Source of the DNA: Patescibacteria group bacterium
Lineage (GTDB): Bacteria; Patescibacteriota; Minisyncoccia; 2-02-FULL-40-12; GWA2-44-9
Reading direction: 5' to 3'
NCBI GenBank assembly: GCA_038056025.1
Contig: JBBUGO010000029.1
Coordinates: 1-37,685 of the forward strand
DNA length: 37,685 bases
Shown: positions 17,617-27,133 of the stretch, piece after piece
How the letters are laid out: each line of letters begins with the position of its first letter
Numbering within the stretch: the first letter of the stretch is position 1
Notes under the pieces: generated by a model
Databases searched by the model: none
Told to the model about the DNA's origin: nothing
What the model saw: only the letters and a program-made list of their open reading frames with translations
Position numbers and translations under genes: made by a program

Positions 17617-19636
17617 GCTCCTCTCCTTTGCTTGTCGAACTTTCTTGCGGCTTTTCGCCATCGATTTTCTTCGTGTTCTTACACTTCGGATAGCGGTTGC
17701 AGGCCATAAACTTGCCAAACCGACCGGTACGGATAAGCATGTCTCCTTCGCCGCACTTATCGCATTTTTCCCCCGTTGTTTCCACGGGCGCCTTGGCGGC
17801 CTTGAGGATGTTTTTACACTCGGGGAAGCGTGAGCACGCGACGAATTTTCCGTAGCGGCCCATTTTCACTACCATTTCACCAATGCCGCACTTGTCGCAC
17901 TTTTGTCCCGTCCGTTCCTGCTGGGTGACGGTTTCTTTTTTCACTTCGTCGTATTTTGACGCAAGCCGTTTGGCAAACGGATCATAAAAATCCCGTATGA
18001 CGGGCACCCATTTGGCTTTGCCGGTGGCGATATCATCAAGCTCGTCTTCCATGGTTGAGGTAAAGGTGACGTCTACGACTTCGGGAAAATGCTCCACGAG
18101 CAGGTCGTTGACCATCATACCAATTTCTGTGGGATGAAAATAGCGGCTCTTGTCTTTGTTGACATAGTTACGGGCCTGGACGGTGGAAATAATGGGAGCA
18201 TAGGTAGATGGCCGTCCGATGCCTTCTTTCTCTAAAATCTTGATGAGGGACGCCTCATTGAAACGTGCCGGCGGTTGAGTGAAGTGCTGTTCCGGTTTGA
18301 GCTCTTTGAGTTCGAGCTTCTGCCCCTTTTTCACCGAGGGAAGTTCGTTATCCTCAAATTTTGTGGGGTAGACCTTCAAAAAACCATCAAATTTCAAGAT
18401 AGAGCCCGTGGCTCGGATGGTTTATTCATTTGCCGCGACATTAATGCCGGTTGCATCAAACACTGCCGAAGGCATTTGCGATGCGGTAAAGCGCCGCCAG
18501 ATGAGATCATAGAGACGGAACTGTTGGGGCGTCAGATATGCCTTCACATTTTCTGGGGTGCGCGTGGGATCCGTAGGCCGCACGGCCTCGTGGGCTTCCT
18601 GCGCGGATTTTGACTTTGTTTTATACCGCCGTGGATGACTGTAGGATGCTCCGTAGGTATCCGTGAGAAATTGTTGCGTGCGGGCAATGGCCTCTTCGGA
18701 AAGGTTAAGTGAATCCGTGCGCATGTAGGTAATGAGGCCCACACCCTCGTTTTTATCGAGGTCTATACCTTCGTAGAGCTGTTGGGCAAGCATCATGGTT
18801 TGCTTGGACGAAAACCGGAGTTTGCGTGCCGCATCCTGCTGGAGCGTACTGGTGGTAAATGGCCCGTGGGGATTTCGTGTCATTTCCTTTTTCTCAACAT
18901 CGTGAACGATATAGTCCGCGCCGTTGAGTTCCGCAAGGATCTTTTTTGCATGCGCTTCATCCTTGACATCCAATTTATCAAGGTCTTTGTCTTTGTGTTG
19001 TGCAAGCTGTGCTTCAAATGTGGTCCCATCGGTGCCGAGTGTAGCAGTAACGCTCCAGTATTCCTCTGGCTTGAACGCCTCGATTTCTCGTTCCCGCTCA
19101 ACCACGATGCGCACCGCGACTGATTGTACGCGACCCGCCGAAAGTCCACGGGCGACTTTTTTCCAAAGAAAAGGTGAAAGTTTATAGCCCACGAGACGAT
19201 CCAACACGCGCCGCGCCTGCTGGGCATCTACGAGATGCTGGTCAATGCCGTGGGGATGTTTGAGAGCGTCTTCAATGGCATGCTTGGTGATTTCATGAAA
19301 CACCACGCGTTCCACCTTTCTCTTGGTTAATGGGGCATCAAGCCCTAGCGCCTGTTGCAGATGCCATGCGATGGCCTCGCCCTCACGATCGGGGTCCGTG
19401 GCAAGGATGACCATATCCGACTTGGCAACGTCCTTTTTTAATTCAGCGACATTCTTTTTTGCTTTGGCCGGGACGAGGTAGTGCGGTTCAAAATCATGTT
19501 CGACATCAATACCTAATTTAGTTTTTGGCAAATCGCGAATGTGGCCGAATGAGGACTTTACAATAAAATCGCTCCCGAGAAAACGGGAGATGGTCTTTGC
19601 TTTGGTTGGCGATTCAACAATAACGAGATAGGTCAT
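17600..19636 (-). pseudogene. topA: DNA topoisomerase I interrupted by one in-frame TAA at 18422-18424 (nonsense allele or sequence error)
   Basis: LVIVESPTK, ATDPDREGE, SAGRVQS, ITYMRTD, GIGRPSTYA and two C4 Zn ribbons; both ORFs are in one frame and read ...AANE*TIRATGSILKFDGF... Confidence 0.9.
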
Positions 19637-20520
19637 TTCTTTGCAGTCCACATGCCGCGGCCATCGGAGATCACCATGCCGCGCAATTCTAGAAGCGACA
19701 GTGTACCACTGATTCGGGCGACGTCAAATTTTGTTTCACGCACGAGTGCGTCAACATGCTGGGGACCACTGTGGGTCAGTATAGCAAAGATTGCGCTTGC
19801 TACGGGATCGTTGAGTGTGGGCAACTGCGCGGGTGTGCGTGTGCGAATCAGTCCTCGCTCGGCATATTCTTGGGTAATATCCGACGCCGTAAGCACCGGG
19901 CGTGCGCCCTGGGCGATGAGATGATTGGTTCCCGCTGATGAGGCGGCAAAAATGTTGCCGGGTACGGCAAAGACATCGCGGCCCTGTTCCAGTGCATGCC
20001 GCGCGGTAATGAGCGAGCCGCTTTCGCGATCGGCTTCAATGACGATAACTCCAAGGGATATGCCGCTGATAATGCGGTTACGCTTGGGGAATGTCCATTG
20101 ATCCGCCGGATAGGTGCCAGGATATTCCGATACAATCAATCCATTGTGTTCAAGAATGCGGTTGCCGAGACGCTCATTGTTGAATGGAGTGATCGTGTCA
20201 ATGCCGGAACCGAGCACGGCAATGGTGGCGCCGCCGGCATCCAAGGTGCTCGCATGCGCCCGGGCATCTACGCCCAATGCCAAACCACTGACTACCACGA
20301 CACCCGCGCGTACCAGTTCTTGCACTATGGCATCAGCCGCCTGCCCGCCGTAGCTTGTCATTTTACGAGTACCGACAACGGCAATCGCCGGACCTCGTAG
20401 GAGTTCGACATTTCCTCGACAATACAGTAGTTTGGGCGGATTGGGGATGTGGCGCAAGTAATCAGGGAACTGTGAATGATCTTGCGCGATAGAGATGCTG
20501 TCCGATGCGGTGCGGTTCAT
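19633..20520 (-). CDS. dprA: DNA-processing protein DprA
   Basis: AVVGTRK, VSGLALGVD, FPKRNRIISG, SGSLITA, VFAVPG; ATGA overlap with topA (conserved synteny). Confidence 0.97.
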   Translation of the reverse strand: MNRTASDSISIAQDHSQFPDYLRHIPNPPKLLYCRGNVELLRGPAIAVVGTRKMTSYGGQAADAIVQELVRAGVVVVSGLALGVDARAHASTLDAGGATIAVLGSGIDTITPFNNERLGNRILEHNGLIVSEYPGTYPADQWTFPKRNRIISGISLGVIVIEADRESGSLITARHALEQGRDVFAVPGNIFAASSAGTNHLIAQGARPVLTASDITQEYAERGLIRTRTPAQLPTLNDPVASAIFAILTHSGPQHVDALVRETKFDVARISGTLSLLELRGMVISDGRGMWTAKK

Positions 20521-20613
20521 GCGTTATTGTATAATCTAACCATAGATAGCGCTGGGTGTCATGGTGAGGTCATGCTACCATAACAGTGGGAATAGGGGTG
20601 TTTGATTTGGTAT

Positions 20614-21393
20614 ATGAATAAAAAAACAATCGTTGCTAACTGGAAAACCGCCCCGAATTCTTTGGCTGAAGCCGAAGAACTCGTGAATGCTATGGATGAG
20701 ACGCTGGCGACATTGCCGGAACAGAATATCCTCCACATTATTTTGTGTCCGCCGTTTGTATTTATTGAAGAAGTGGCGAAGATGTTAGGGTCCGGACATT
20801 TAGCCCAGAGCGCGTTTCTTGGAGCACAGGATATTGCGCCTCAAGACACCGGGGCGCTTACCGGTGAGGTATCCGGCTCGATGCTTTCCAAACTCGGTGT
20901 ACGGTACGTTATTGTTGGGCATTCTGACCGGCGAAAGCTGGGCGAGAACGACGATGTGGTAAATAAAAAGCTAAAAACTGCACTTGCGTGCAAGCTAACA
21001 CCGATTGTGTGTGTGGGTGAGCGTGAGTACGACGAGCGGTTCACTGGATTTCTCGAACATCAGGTGCGGGCGACCTTCTCGGGCCTGTCGGCAAACGATA
21101 TTGATGCATGCCTCATTGCCTATGAGCCGGTGTGGGCGATCAGCACCACTCCGGGAGCTCGGCCGGACACACCGAGCTCCGCTCTGCAATCGGTCAAGAT
21201 TATACGGGATATACTGCGTAACGAGCTTCATGCCACCCGCCCGCGCTTTCTCTACGGCGGTTCTGTGACAGAACACAATGCGGGGAAGTTTCTGGGAGTA
21301 CCAGAATTCGGCGGTGTACTCGTTGGCGGAGCGAGTGTTCATAAGGAGGAATTTGTAAAAATACTCATTGATGCGGTACATATTGCGCGATGA
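20614..21393 (+). CDS. tpiA: Triosephosphate isomerase
   Basis: ANWK, GALTGEVS, GHSDRR, AYEPVWAI, LYGGSV, LVGGAS; ATG 20614. Confidence 0.95.
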   Translation: MNKKTIVANWKTAPNSLAEAEELVNAMDETLATLPEQNILHIILCPPFVFIEEVAKMLGSGHLAQSAFLGAQDIAPQDTGALTGEVSGSMLSKLGVRYVIVGHSDRRKLGENDDVVNKKLKTALACKLTPIVCVGEREYDERFTGFLEHQVRATFSGLSANDIDACLIAYEPVWAISTTPGARPDTPSSALQSVKIIRDILRNELHATRPRFLYGGSVTEHNAGKFLGVPEFGGVLVGGASVHKEEFVKILIDAVHIAR

Positions 21394-22472
21394 AAACCAT
21401 CGATCAACTGAATGACATTGCCGGTAAAAAAGTGCTTTTGCGCGCTGACTTTGATGTAGCAGTCAATGCCGATGGGACGGTGCGAGAGCCATTTCGCATC
21501 CAACGCCAGCGCGCAACCATTGATTTTCTGCTTAGCCGTGGCGCGCGAGTGCTCATCGCGGCGCATATTTCGGCGATCCCTTCGTTTGCGGCGATTGCCG
21601 AACAGATAAGTACCATTGTTGGCCAGCCACTTTCTGTGCTAAAAACATTGGAAGACATCCCGGCATTTCTTGCCGGAAATGAAACCATCGCTCTTTTGGA
21701 GAATATCCGCACGTGGCCCGAAGAAGAAAAAAATGACGATGCGTTTGCGGCGACTCTCGCACACGGATTTGATTACTACGTCAATAACGCCTTTGCGGCA
21801 TGCCATCGCGAGCACGCATCCGTGGTGGCTATCGCACGGCATCTGCCATCCTACGCAGGGTTGCTGGTAGAAGAAGAAGTTGCCACACTTGATGAAGTAA
21901 TACGCGCTCCAGCCGCTGGAAAGGTTGTTATTATGGGTGGAGCAAAAGCGTCCACAAAAATTCCGGTCATTAAGTATCTACTCGACAAGGCAGAGAGCGT
22001 ACTGGTCGGAGGTGTGATTGCCAATGATATGGCTAAGGCGCTCGGCCGCGACGTGGGCAGTTCAGTGGTTGATGAAAACTATGCAGAACTCCTCGCGGGA
22101 CTCGACTTGGCCGATGCGCGGTTGGTTATTCCAGAGGATTTTGTCATTGCGGACGGGAAGTTTTTGGATATTGGAGCGCGGAGCACCGAACAGTTTCTCT
22201 CTTCTATTGGAAAGGCGCGTACCGTGGTGTGGAACGGCCCGCTGGGAATGTTTGAAGATGAGCGATTCCGTATGGCGACCAGTCGTGTCGCCCAGGCTAT
22301 CGTTGATTCCGGCGCAGGGAGCATTATCGGCGGCGGTGACACTATCACGGCACTGGACACCTCCGGATTACTTGATAAGTTTGGATTTGTATCCACGGGT
22401 GGAGGAGCGATGCTCATGTTTCTAGCGGGCGAAAAATTGCCGGGCCTCGAAGTGCTCGGTTACTATACATAA
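21390..22472 (+). CDS. pgk: Phosphoglycerate kinase
   Basis: LLRADFDV, LENIR, GGAK, WNGPLGMFE, IGGGDT, STGGGAML. Confidence 0.95.
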   Translation: MKTIDQLNDIAGKKVLLRADFDVAVNADGTVREPFRIQRQRATIDFLLSRGARVLIAAHISAIPSFAAIAEQISTIVGQPLSVLKTLEDIPAFLAGNETIALLENIRTWPEEEKNDDAFAATLAHGFDYYVNNAFAACHREHASVVAIARHLPSYAGLLVEEEVATLDEVIRAPAAGKVVIMGGAKASTKIPVIKYLLDKAESVLVGGVIANDMAKALGRDVGSSVVDENYAELLAGLDLADARLVIPEDFVIADGKFLDIGARSTEQFLSSIGKARTVVWNGPLGMFEDERFRMATSRVAQAIVDSGAGSIIGGGDTITALDTSGLLDKFGFVSTGGGAMLMFLAGEKLPGLEVLGYYT

Positions 22473-22474
22473 TC

Positions 22475-22912
22475 ATGCCCGATCAGACCTATATCATTTA
22501 TACTGACGGTGGCGCGAGGGGAAATCCTGGTCCCGCGGCAATCGGAGTTGTTGTGAAAGGTCCTGGTATGGAGAAAAAAGAGTACGGGCAGTATATCGGA
22601 GAAACGACCAATAACGTTGCTGAATATCGCGCGGTTGCATTCGCCCTGCACAAGCTCAAACAACTCATCGGTTCTGAAAAAGCCAAAGAAAGTTCGGTGA
22701 AGATGTATATAGACAGTGAACTGCTCGTAAAACAGCTCAACGGAGAATATAAGGTGAAAGAAGCCACCCTGCAGGAACTCTTTTTGGAAATATGGAATCT
22801 GCGGCTCGATTTTGGCAGTATTGCGTTTTCTCATATCCCGCGAGAGAGCAATAGCGCGGCTGATCGGATGGTGAATTGGGCGCTTGATCGCGAGGAAAAT
22901 CGGCTTGTTTGA
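22475..22912 (+). CDS. rnhA: Ribonuclease HI family protein
   Basis: YTDGGARGNPGPA, TNNVAEY, DSELLVKQ, HIPRESNSAAD. Confidence 0.93.
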   Translation: MPDQTYIIYTDGGARGNPGPAAIGVVVKGPGMEKKEYGQYIGETTNNVAEYRAVAFALHKLKQLIGSEKAKESSVKMYIDSELLVKQLNGEYKVKEATLQELFLEIWNLRLDFGSIAFSHIPRESNSAADRMVNWALDREENRLV

Positions 22913-22937
22913 AATATCAGGAGAAATGGTGTATAAT
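22909..22937 (+). promoter_or_regulatory. Sigma70 promoter of rnpB
   Basis: TTGAAA (22909-22914), 17-bp spacer, TATAAT (22932-22937), 5 nt before helix P1. Confidence 0.85.
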
Positions 22938-23055
22938 AGACGTGGTACTTGAGATAGCTACGCTCTGCCTTCGGGCGGAGTGAGGAAAGTCCGAGCACTC
23001 ACGAGTCCGCCCTAGGCGGACAGTTAAAATGGTAGCGGGTAACGCCCGTCCGCAG

Positions 23056-23093
23056 CCCTTCGATGGACTCAGGATACTGAGCTTGTCGAAGTA
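23056..23093. repeat. Head-to-head pair of family A elements inside rnpB
   Basis: cccttcgatggactcagga followed by tactgagcttgtcgaagta. Confidence 0.75.
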
Positions 23094-23272
23094 TAATGCG
23101 AGAGGTGCGAGCAGAGACGCCCTGAAGTGAAAGCTGAAGGGGAGCGAACCCACAATCACTGTTCACATGATCAGAGATTGGCTTAGTCCTTGTTGGGGTA
23201 AAAGACAAGGAGTGAAACGGCTAAATCCTTACCGGTGTGCAAGATCAGCGTTTCTCCGCAAGAGCGGGACTT

Positions 23273-23292
23273 GTCCTGAGCTTGTCGAGGGA
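23273..23292 (+). repeat. Family A element, second insertion in rnpB
   Basis: gtcctgagcttgtcgaggga shares ctgagcttgtcga with the 23056-23093 copy. Confidence 0.75.
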
Positions 23293-23380
23293 TTCGAAAA
23301 GTTCGATCGCTACAGGTATGTGGCAACACATATCGCAGATAAATTGCTATCGTATACAGAACTCGGCTTACCAAGTACCA

Positions 23381-23408
23381 GTAAAACCCGCCATACGGCG
23401 GGTTTTAC
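23381..23408. terminator. rnpB terminator
   Basis: gtaaaacccgcc-atac-ggcgggttttac perfect 12-bp stem. Confidence 0.9.
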
Positions 23409-23456
23409 GTTTTATTGAAAGGCATATAGTTTTATGCTACGTTCGCACCACAGACC

Positions 23457-24842
23457 ATGAAAAAAGCAGACCTCTATTTTAATGTGTTACGCCTGCCAGT
23501 TGATGCGGCAATGATCGTGGTGGCAGGCATTCTCACCTATGTGTTGCGGACGAATATTTTGGATCAGTTTCGCCCGGTGTTATTTCAATTCAACCTGCCG
23601 CTGGGGCGCTATCTGACATTTGTGCTTGCGGTGGGAATTCTTTTTATCATTGCCTACGCCATTGCCGGACTCTACTCCCTGAAAGTCCGCATGAATATTG
23701 CTGAAGAAATCTCAAAAGTGGCGCTTGCGTCGTCGGCGACGATCATGCTGGTTATTGTCTTTATCTTCTTGCGCCAAGAATTGTTTAATTCGCGCTTTCT
23801 GGTGCTTGGCGGCTGGGTTATTACCATGGCGTGTGTCACGCTGGGGCGCTTGGCGGTGCGGTTGTTCCAGCGATATTTTGTGACGCGGAGAAACTTTGGG
23901 GTTCATCGGCTCCTGATTATCGGCAATGATATGGTATCGGAAAAGATCATAAGAGCAATTTCCGCGAACCGATCGGCGGGATATCGCATTGTTCAGCATC
24001 TTGCCGATCCCGACCTATTACAGATTCAAACCGCGATCAGCAATCCCGGGATTGATGAAGTGATTCTCGCAAATCCAAACTACCGTGCAGATAAAATTAT
24101 TGCGCTCGTTGATTTTTGCAATGAACACCATCTGGTGTTTAAATTTGTTCCCAATATTTATCAGACGCTCACCACGCACTATGACGTTGATGCCATCAGC
24201 AATATTCCCCTGGTTGAACTGAAGCGCACGTCACTGGATGGGTGGGGACGCATAGGGAAACGGATATTCGATGCGGTGTTTGCGTTGCTTGCTTTGGTGC
24301 TTTTGTCCCCACTCTTTTTGGTGATCGCGTGTGCGATTGCCATAGACAGCGCCGGACCCATGGTGGTCCGCCTGCGGCGAGTGAGTAGAAATCACGAATT
24401 CTCCCTCTATAAGTTCAGAAGCATGGTGGCCAACGCCGAAGAACTCAAACCGTCTCTGGCTTCTTTCAATGAGCGTGATGATGGACCGCTTTTCAAAATA
24501 CGCAACGATCCGCGGGTGACGGGGGTGGGGCGTTGGTTGCGCCGCTATCGCCTTGACGAACTTCCGCAGTTTCTCAACGTGCTGAAAGGCGATATCAGCG
24601 TGGTGGGTCCGCGTCCGCACCAACCCGACGAGATTGCCCGCTACACCAAGCACCATAAACGTGTGCTGGCGATCAAAGCGGGCGCTACCGGCTTGGCCCA
24701 GATTTCCGGCAGTTCTGATTTGCCGTTTGAAGAGGAGGTCACGCTGGACACGTTCTATATTGAAAACTGGTCGTTGTGGCTTGATTTCAAGATTATTGTG
24801 AAGACCGCGTGGAAGATGGTTGCTGATCATTCTGCCGTCTAA
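23457..24842 (+). CDS. Polyprenyl-phosphate sugar phosphotransferase (WcaJ/WbaP/CpsE family)
   Basis: N-terminal TM helices, KRIFD, YKFRSM, DPRVTGVGRWLRRYRLDELPQ, VGPRP, TGLAQI. Confidence 0.95.
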   Translation: MKKADLYFNVLRLPVDAAMIVVAGILTYVLRTNILDQFRPVLFQFNLPLGRYLTFVLAVGILFIIAYAIAGLYSLKVRMNIAEEISKVALASSATIMLVIVFIFLRQELFNSRFLVLGGWVITMACVTLGRLAVRLFQRYFVTRRNFGVHRLLIIGNDMVSEKIIRAISANRSAGYRIVQHLADPDLLQIQTAISNPGIDEVILANPNYRADKIIALVDFCNEHHLVFKFVPNIYQTLTTHYDVDAISNIPLVELKRTSLDGWGRIGKRIFDAVFALLALVLLSPLFLVIACAIAIDSAGPMVVRLRRVSRNHEFSLYKFRSMVANAEELKPSLASFNERDDGPLFKIRNDPRVTGVGRWLRRYRLDELPQFLNVLKGDISVVGPRPHQPDEIARYTKHHKRVLAIKAGATGLAQISGSSDLPFEEEVTLDTFYIENWSLWLDFKIIVKTAWKMVADHSAV

Positions 24843-24861
24843 CCCCCATACTATAAATGTA

Positions 24862-25965
24862 ATGAAAATTGCTCTTGCCCACGATTACTTGAATCAATAT
24901 GGGGGGGCGGAACGCGTGTTGCAGGTATTGTGCAGAATGTTTCCGCACGCACCGATCTACACGATGCTCTATGACGAAAACGCAACGCGCGGCGCGTTTC
25001 GTGATCGGATAGTTCACACCACATTTCTCCAGCACATTCCGCTTGCTCGGCGCTATCATCATGCGTTTTCCTTTCTGATGCCGCTGGCGGTTGAGCAGCT
25101 GGATACTTCAGCGTTTGACGTGGTGCTTTCGGTCTCCTCATCATTCGCCAAAGGCATTATTACCAAACCCTCCACCCGCCACATATGTTATTGTCTGACG
25201 CCCCCGCGCTACTTATGGGACGATAGTCATAAATACATTCAGGAATTCAGATACCCCAACATCGTAAAAAAAATTATTCCCCCATTTCTTTCCTATATGC
25301 GGGTGTGGGATCGCCAGGCATCCATGCGCCCGGACGATATTATCGCAATCTCCGATTTTGTCCGCCAGCGTATCAGTAAATACTATCGTCGAGACGCCAG
25401 TGTTCTGCATCCGCCGGTTGATACGAAGAGATTTATCATCGCCGACTCACCGCTCTTGTGGCGTGATGACTATTTTTTGATGGTGGGGCGGCTTGTATCC
25501 TACAAAAAATTTGATATGGCAGTACGCGCATGTAATCATCTGCGTCTGCCGCTGAAAATTGTGGGCACGGGCATTGAACACGAACGCCTTCGAGCCCTTG
25601 CGGGGCCCACCGTGGAGTTTATCGGACAAGTGGATGATGCTCGTCTCGCAGAGCTCTATCAGCGGGCACGCGCAGTCATCTTTCCCCAAGAAGAGGATTT
25701 CGGCATTGTACCGCTGGAGGCGATGGCGTGTGGCACCCCGGTGATTGCCTATCGCGGCGGCGGGGCGTTGGAGACGGTTATCGAGGGAGTCACGGGGATA
25801 TTTTTCGATGAACAAACCGACGAATCACTCGTAGCCGCGCTTAACAATTTTGAGAAGAGAGTATTTGATCCGCAGCTTTGTCGCGAACAAGCCGAGAAAT
25901 TTAATATGCAGGCATTTGAAACGCATATGCGAGCAATACTCACGAACTATGACCATCGGCGTTGA
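24862..25965 (+). CDS. Glycosyltransferase family 4 (WbaZ-like)
   Basis: MKIALAHDYLNQYGGAERV, GRLVSYKK, EDFGIVPLEAMACGTPVI; ATG 24862. Confidence 0.93.
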   Translation: MKIALAHDYLNQYGGAERVLQVLCRMFPHAPIYTMLYDENATRGAFRDRIVHTTFLQHIPLARRYHHAFSFLMPLAVEQLDTSAFDVVLSVSSSFAKGIITKPSTRHICYCLTPPRYLWDDSHKYIQEFRYPNIVKKIIPPFLSYMRVWDRQASMRPDDIIAISDFVRQRISKYYRRDASVLHPPVDTKRFIIADSPLLWRDDYFLMVGRLVSYKKFDMAVRACNHLRLPLKIVGTGIEHERLRALAGPTVEFIGQVDDARLAELYQRARAVIFPQEEDFGIVPLEAMACGTPVIAYRGGGALETVIEGVTGIFFDEQTDESLVAALNNFEKRVFDPQLCREQAEKFNMQAFETHMRAILTNYDHRR

Positions 25966-27082
25966 TATTCGAGTGCTGGCCAGCGGGGTACGGAGCGGAG
26001 TGGAAGAATACACCGAACATCTTTTGGAGCATCTTCTACCGCTGGATACCACCATTCAGTACAAACTCTTCAGTTCTTCGTGGCGGGGCCACACGCCCGA
26101 CTATTTGTGGATGCATGCGTCGAATGTGCGCGTTACCCAACTGCGCATTCCGAGCAAGGCGCTGTTTCTCGGAGCGAAATTATTGGATATGCCGAATCTC
26201 GATACGCTGGTACGCGGCGCCGATGTTTTTTTCTTGCCGCATTTCCTTCTTGCGCCACTCTCGCGGCGTTGCAAGCGAGTCACGACGTTCCATGACGTAT
26301 CGTACGCGATATTTCCTGAATTTTTTCCTTCGCGGAGAACAGGGTGGCATTGGTTTATGAATCCTTCGTGGCAGGCGCGCATGTCTGACAGAATTATTGC
26401 CGTTTCTGACTCAACTAAACATGACGTTGCCAGAATATGTCGCGTTGATCCGGCAAAAATTGAGGTCGTGCATTCGGGAGTTCTTCCCGCGCGTGTATGG
26501 AGTAAAGAAAAACTTGAAAATTTTAGGAATAATCACGATCTTCCCGAGCGTTATATATTGTCACTCGGTACGCTTGAACCGCGCAAAAATATTGAAGGGA
26601 TTATTCGTGCGTTTGAACACGTTGCCGGTGAATCGGCGTTTGCCGATCTCCATTTGGTTATCGCGGGAAGAAAAGGATGGCTCTGGCAGGATGCACTGAC
26701 GGTTGCTCGGCGCTCGCCCTATACCCGTCGCATCCACATTCGCGGAGAAATATCAGATCAGGAACGGCCGGGGTACTATCAGCTTGCCTCCGCATTGCTC
26801 TACCCATCGTTTCTTGAAGGATTTGGATTTCCGCCCCTGGAAGCGATGGCGCATCATGTGCCGGTCATCGTATCCGCAAACTCGTCATTGCCCGAAATCG
26901 TGCGGGACGCCGCAGTATGCGTTGATCCCTATAACGTGCGCCAAGTTGCCGATGCGCTACGATGCATCTTGATCGATGATGCGCTGCGCGCGTGGCTCAT
27001 AGAACGGGGCAATGTTCTCGTGAAAGAGCGCAATTGGCACAAAACTGCCCAAAAAACCCTTGATATATTAATGCGTGCGTAA
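25949..27082 (+). CDS. Glycosyltransferase family 4
   Basis: MTIGVDIR, TFHD, GTLEPRKN, EGFGFPPLEAM, SLPEI; ATG 25949. Confidence 0.93.
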   Translation: MTIGVDIRVLASGVRSGVEEYTEHLLEHLLPLDTTIQYKLFSSSWRGHTPDYLWMHASNVRVTQLRIPSKALFLGAKLLDMPNLDTLVRGADVFFLPHFLLAPLSRRCKRVTTFHDVSYAIFPEFFPSRRTGWHWFMNPSWQARMSDRIIAVSDSTKHDVARICRVDPAKIEVVHSGVLPARVWSKEKLENFRNNHDLPERYILSLGTLEPRKNIEGIIRAFEHVAGESAFADLHLVIAGRKGWLWQDALTVARRSPYTRRIHIRGEISDQERPGYYQLASALLYPSFLEGFGFPPLEAMAHHVPVIVSANSSLPEIVRDAAVCVDPYNVRQVADALRCILIDDALRAWLIERGNVLVKERNWHKTAQKTLDILMRA

Positions 27083-27133
27083 CTATTGGCTTTCTCCACA
27101 CGCATTTTCTGCCGATGACGGTATAATAGAGGT

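Larger units (their letters stand above)
22943..23380 (+). ncRNA. rnpB: RNase P RNA (about 438 nt)
   Basis: GAGGAAAGTCCGAGC and ACAGAACTCGGCTTA P4 signatures, GGGTAACGCCC P8, GTGAAACGG; P1 tggtacttg/caagtacca. Confidence 0.95.

Noticed and set aside
18422-18424. Stop-codon reassignment as the explanation for the topA stop
   Set aside because: TAA, TAG and TGA all end conserved genes at expected positions in this window. The known CPR recoding (code 25) affects TGA, not TAA.
22917-23482. Several short ORFs over 22.9-23.5 kb
   Set aside because: They overlap the RNase P RNA and have no protein-like features.
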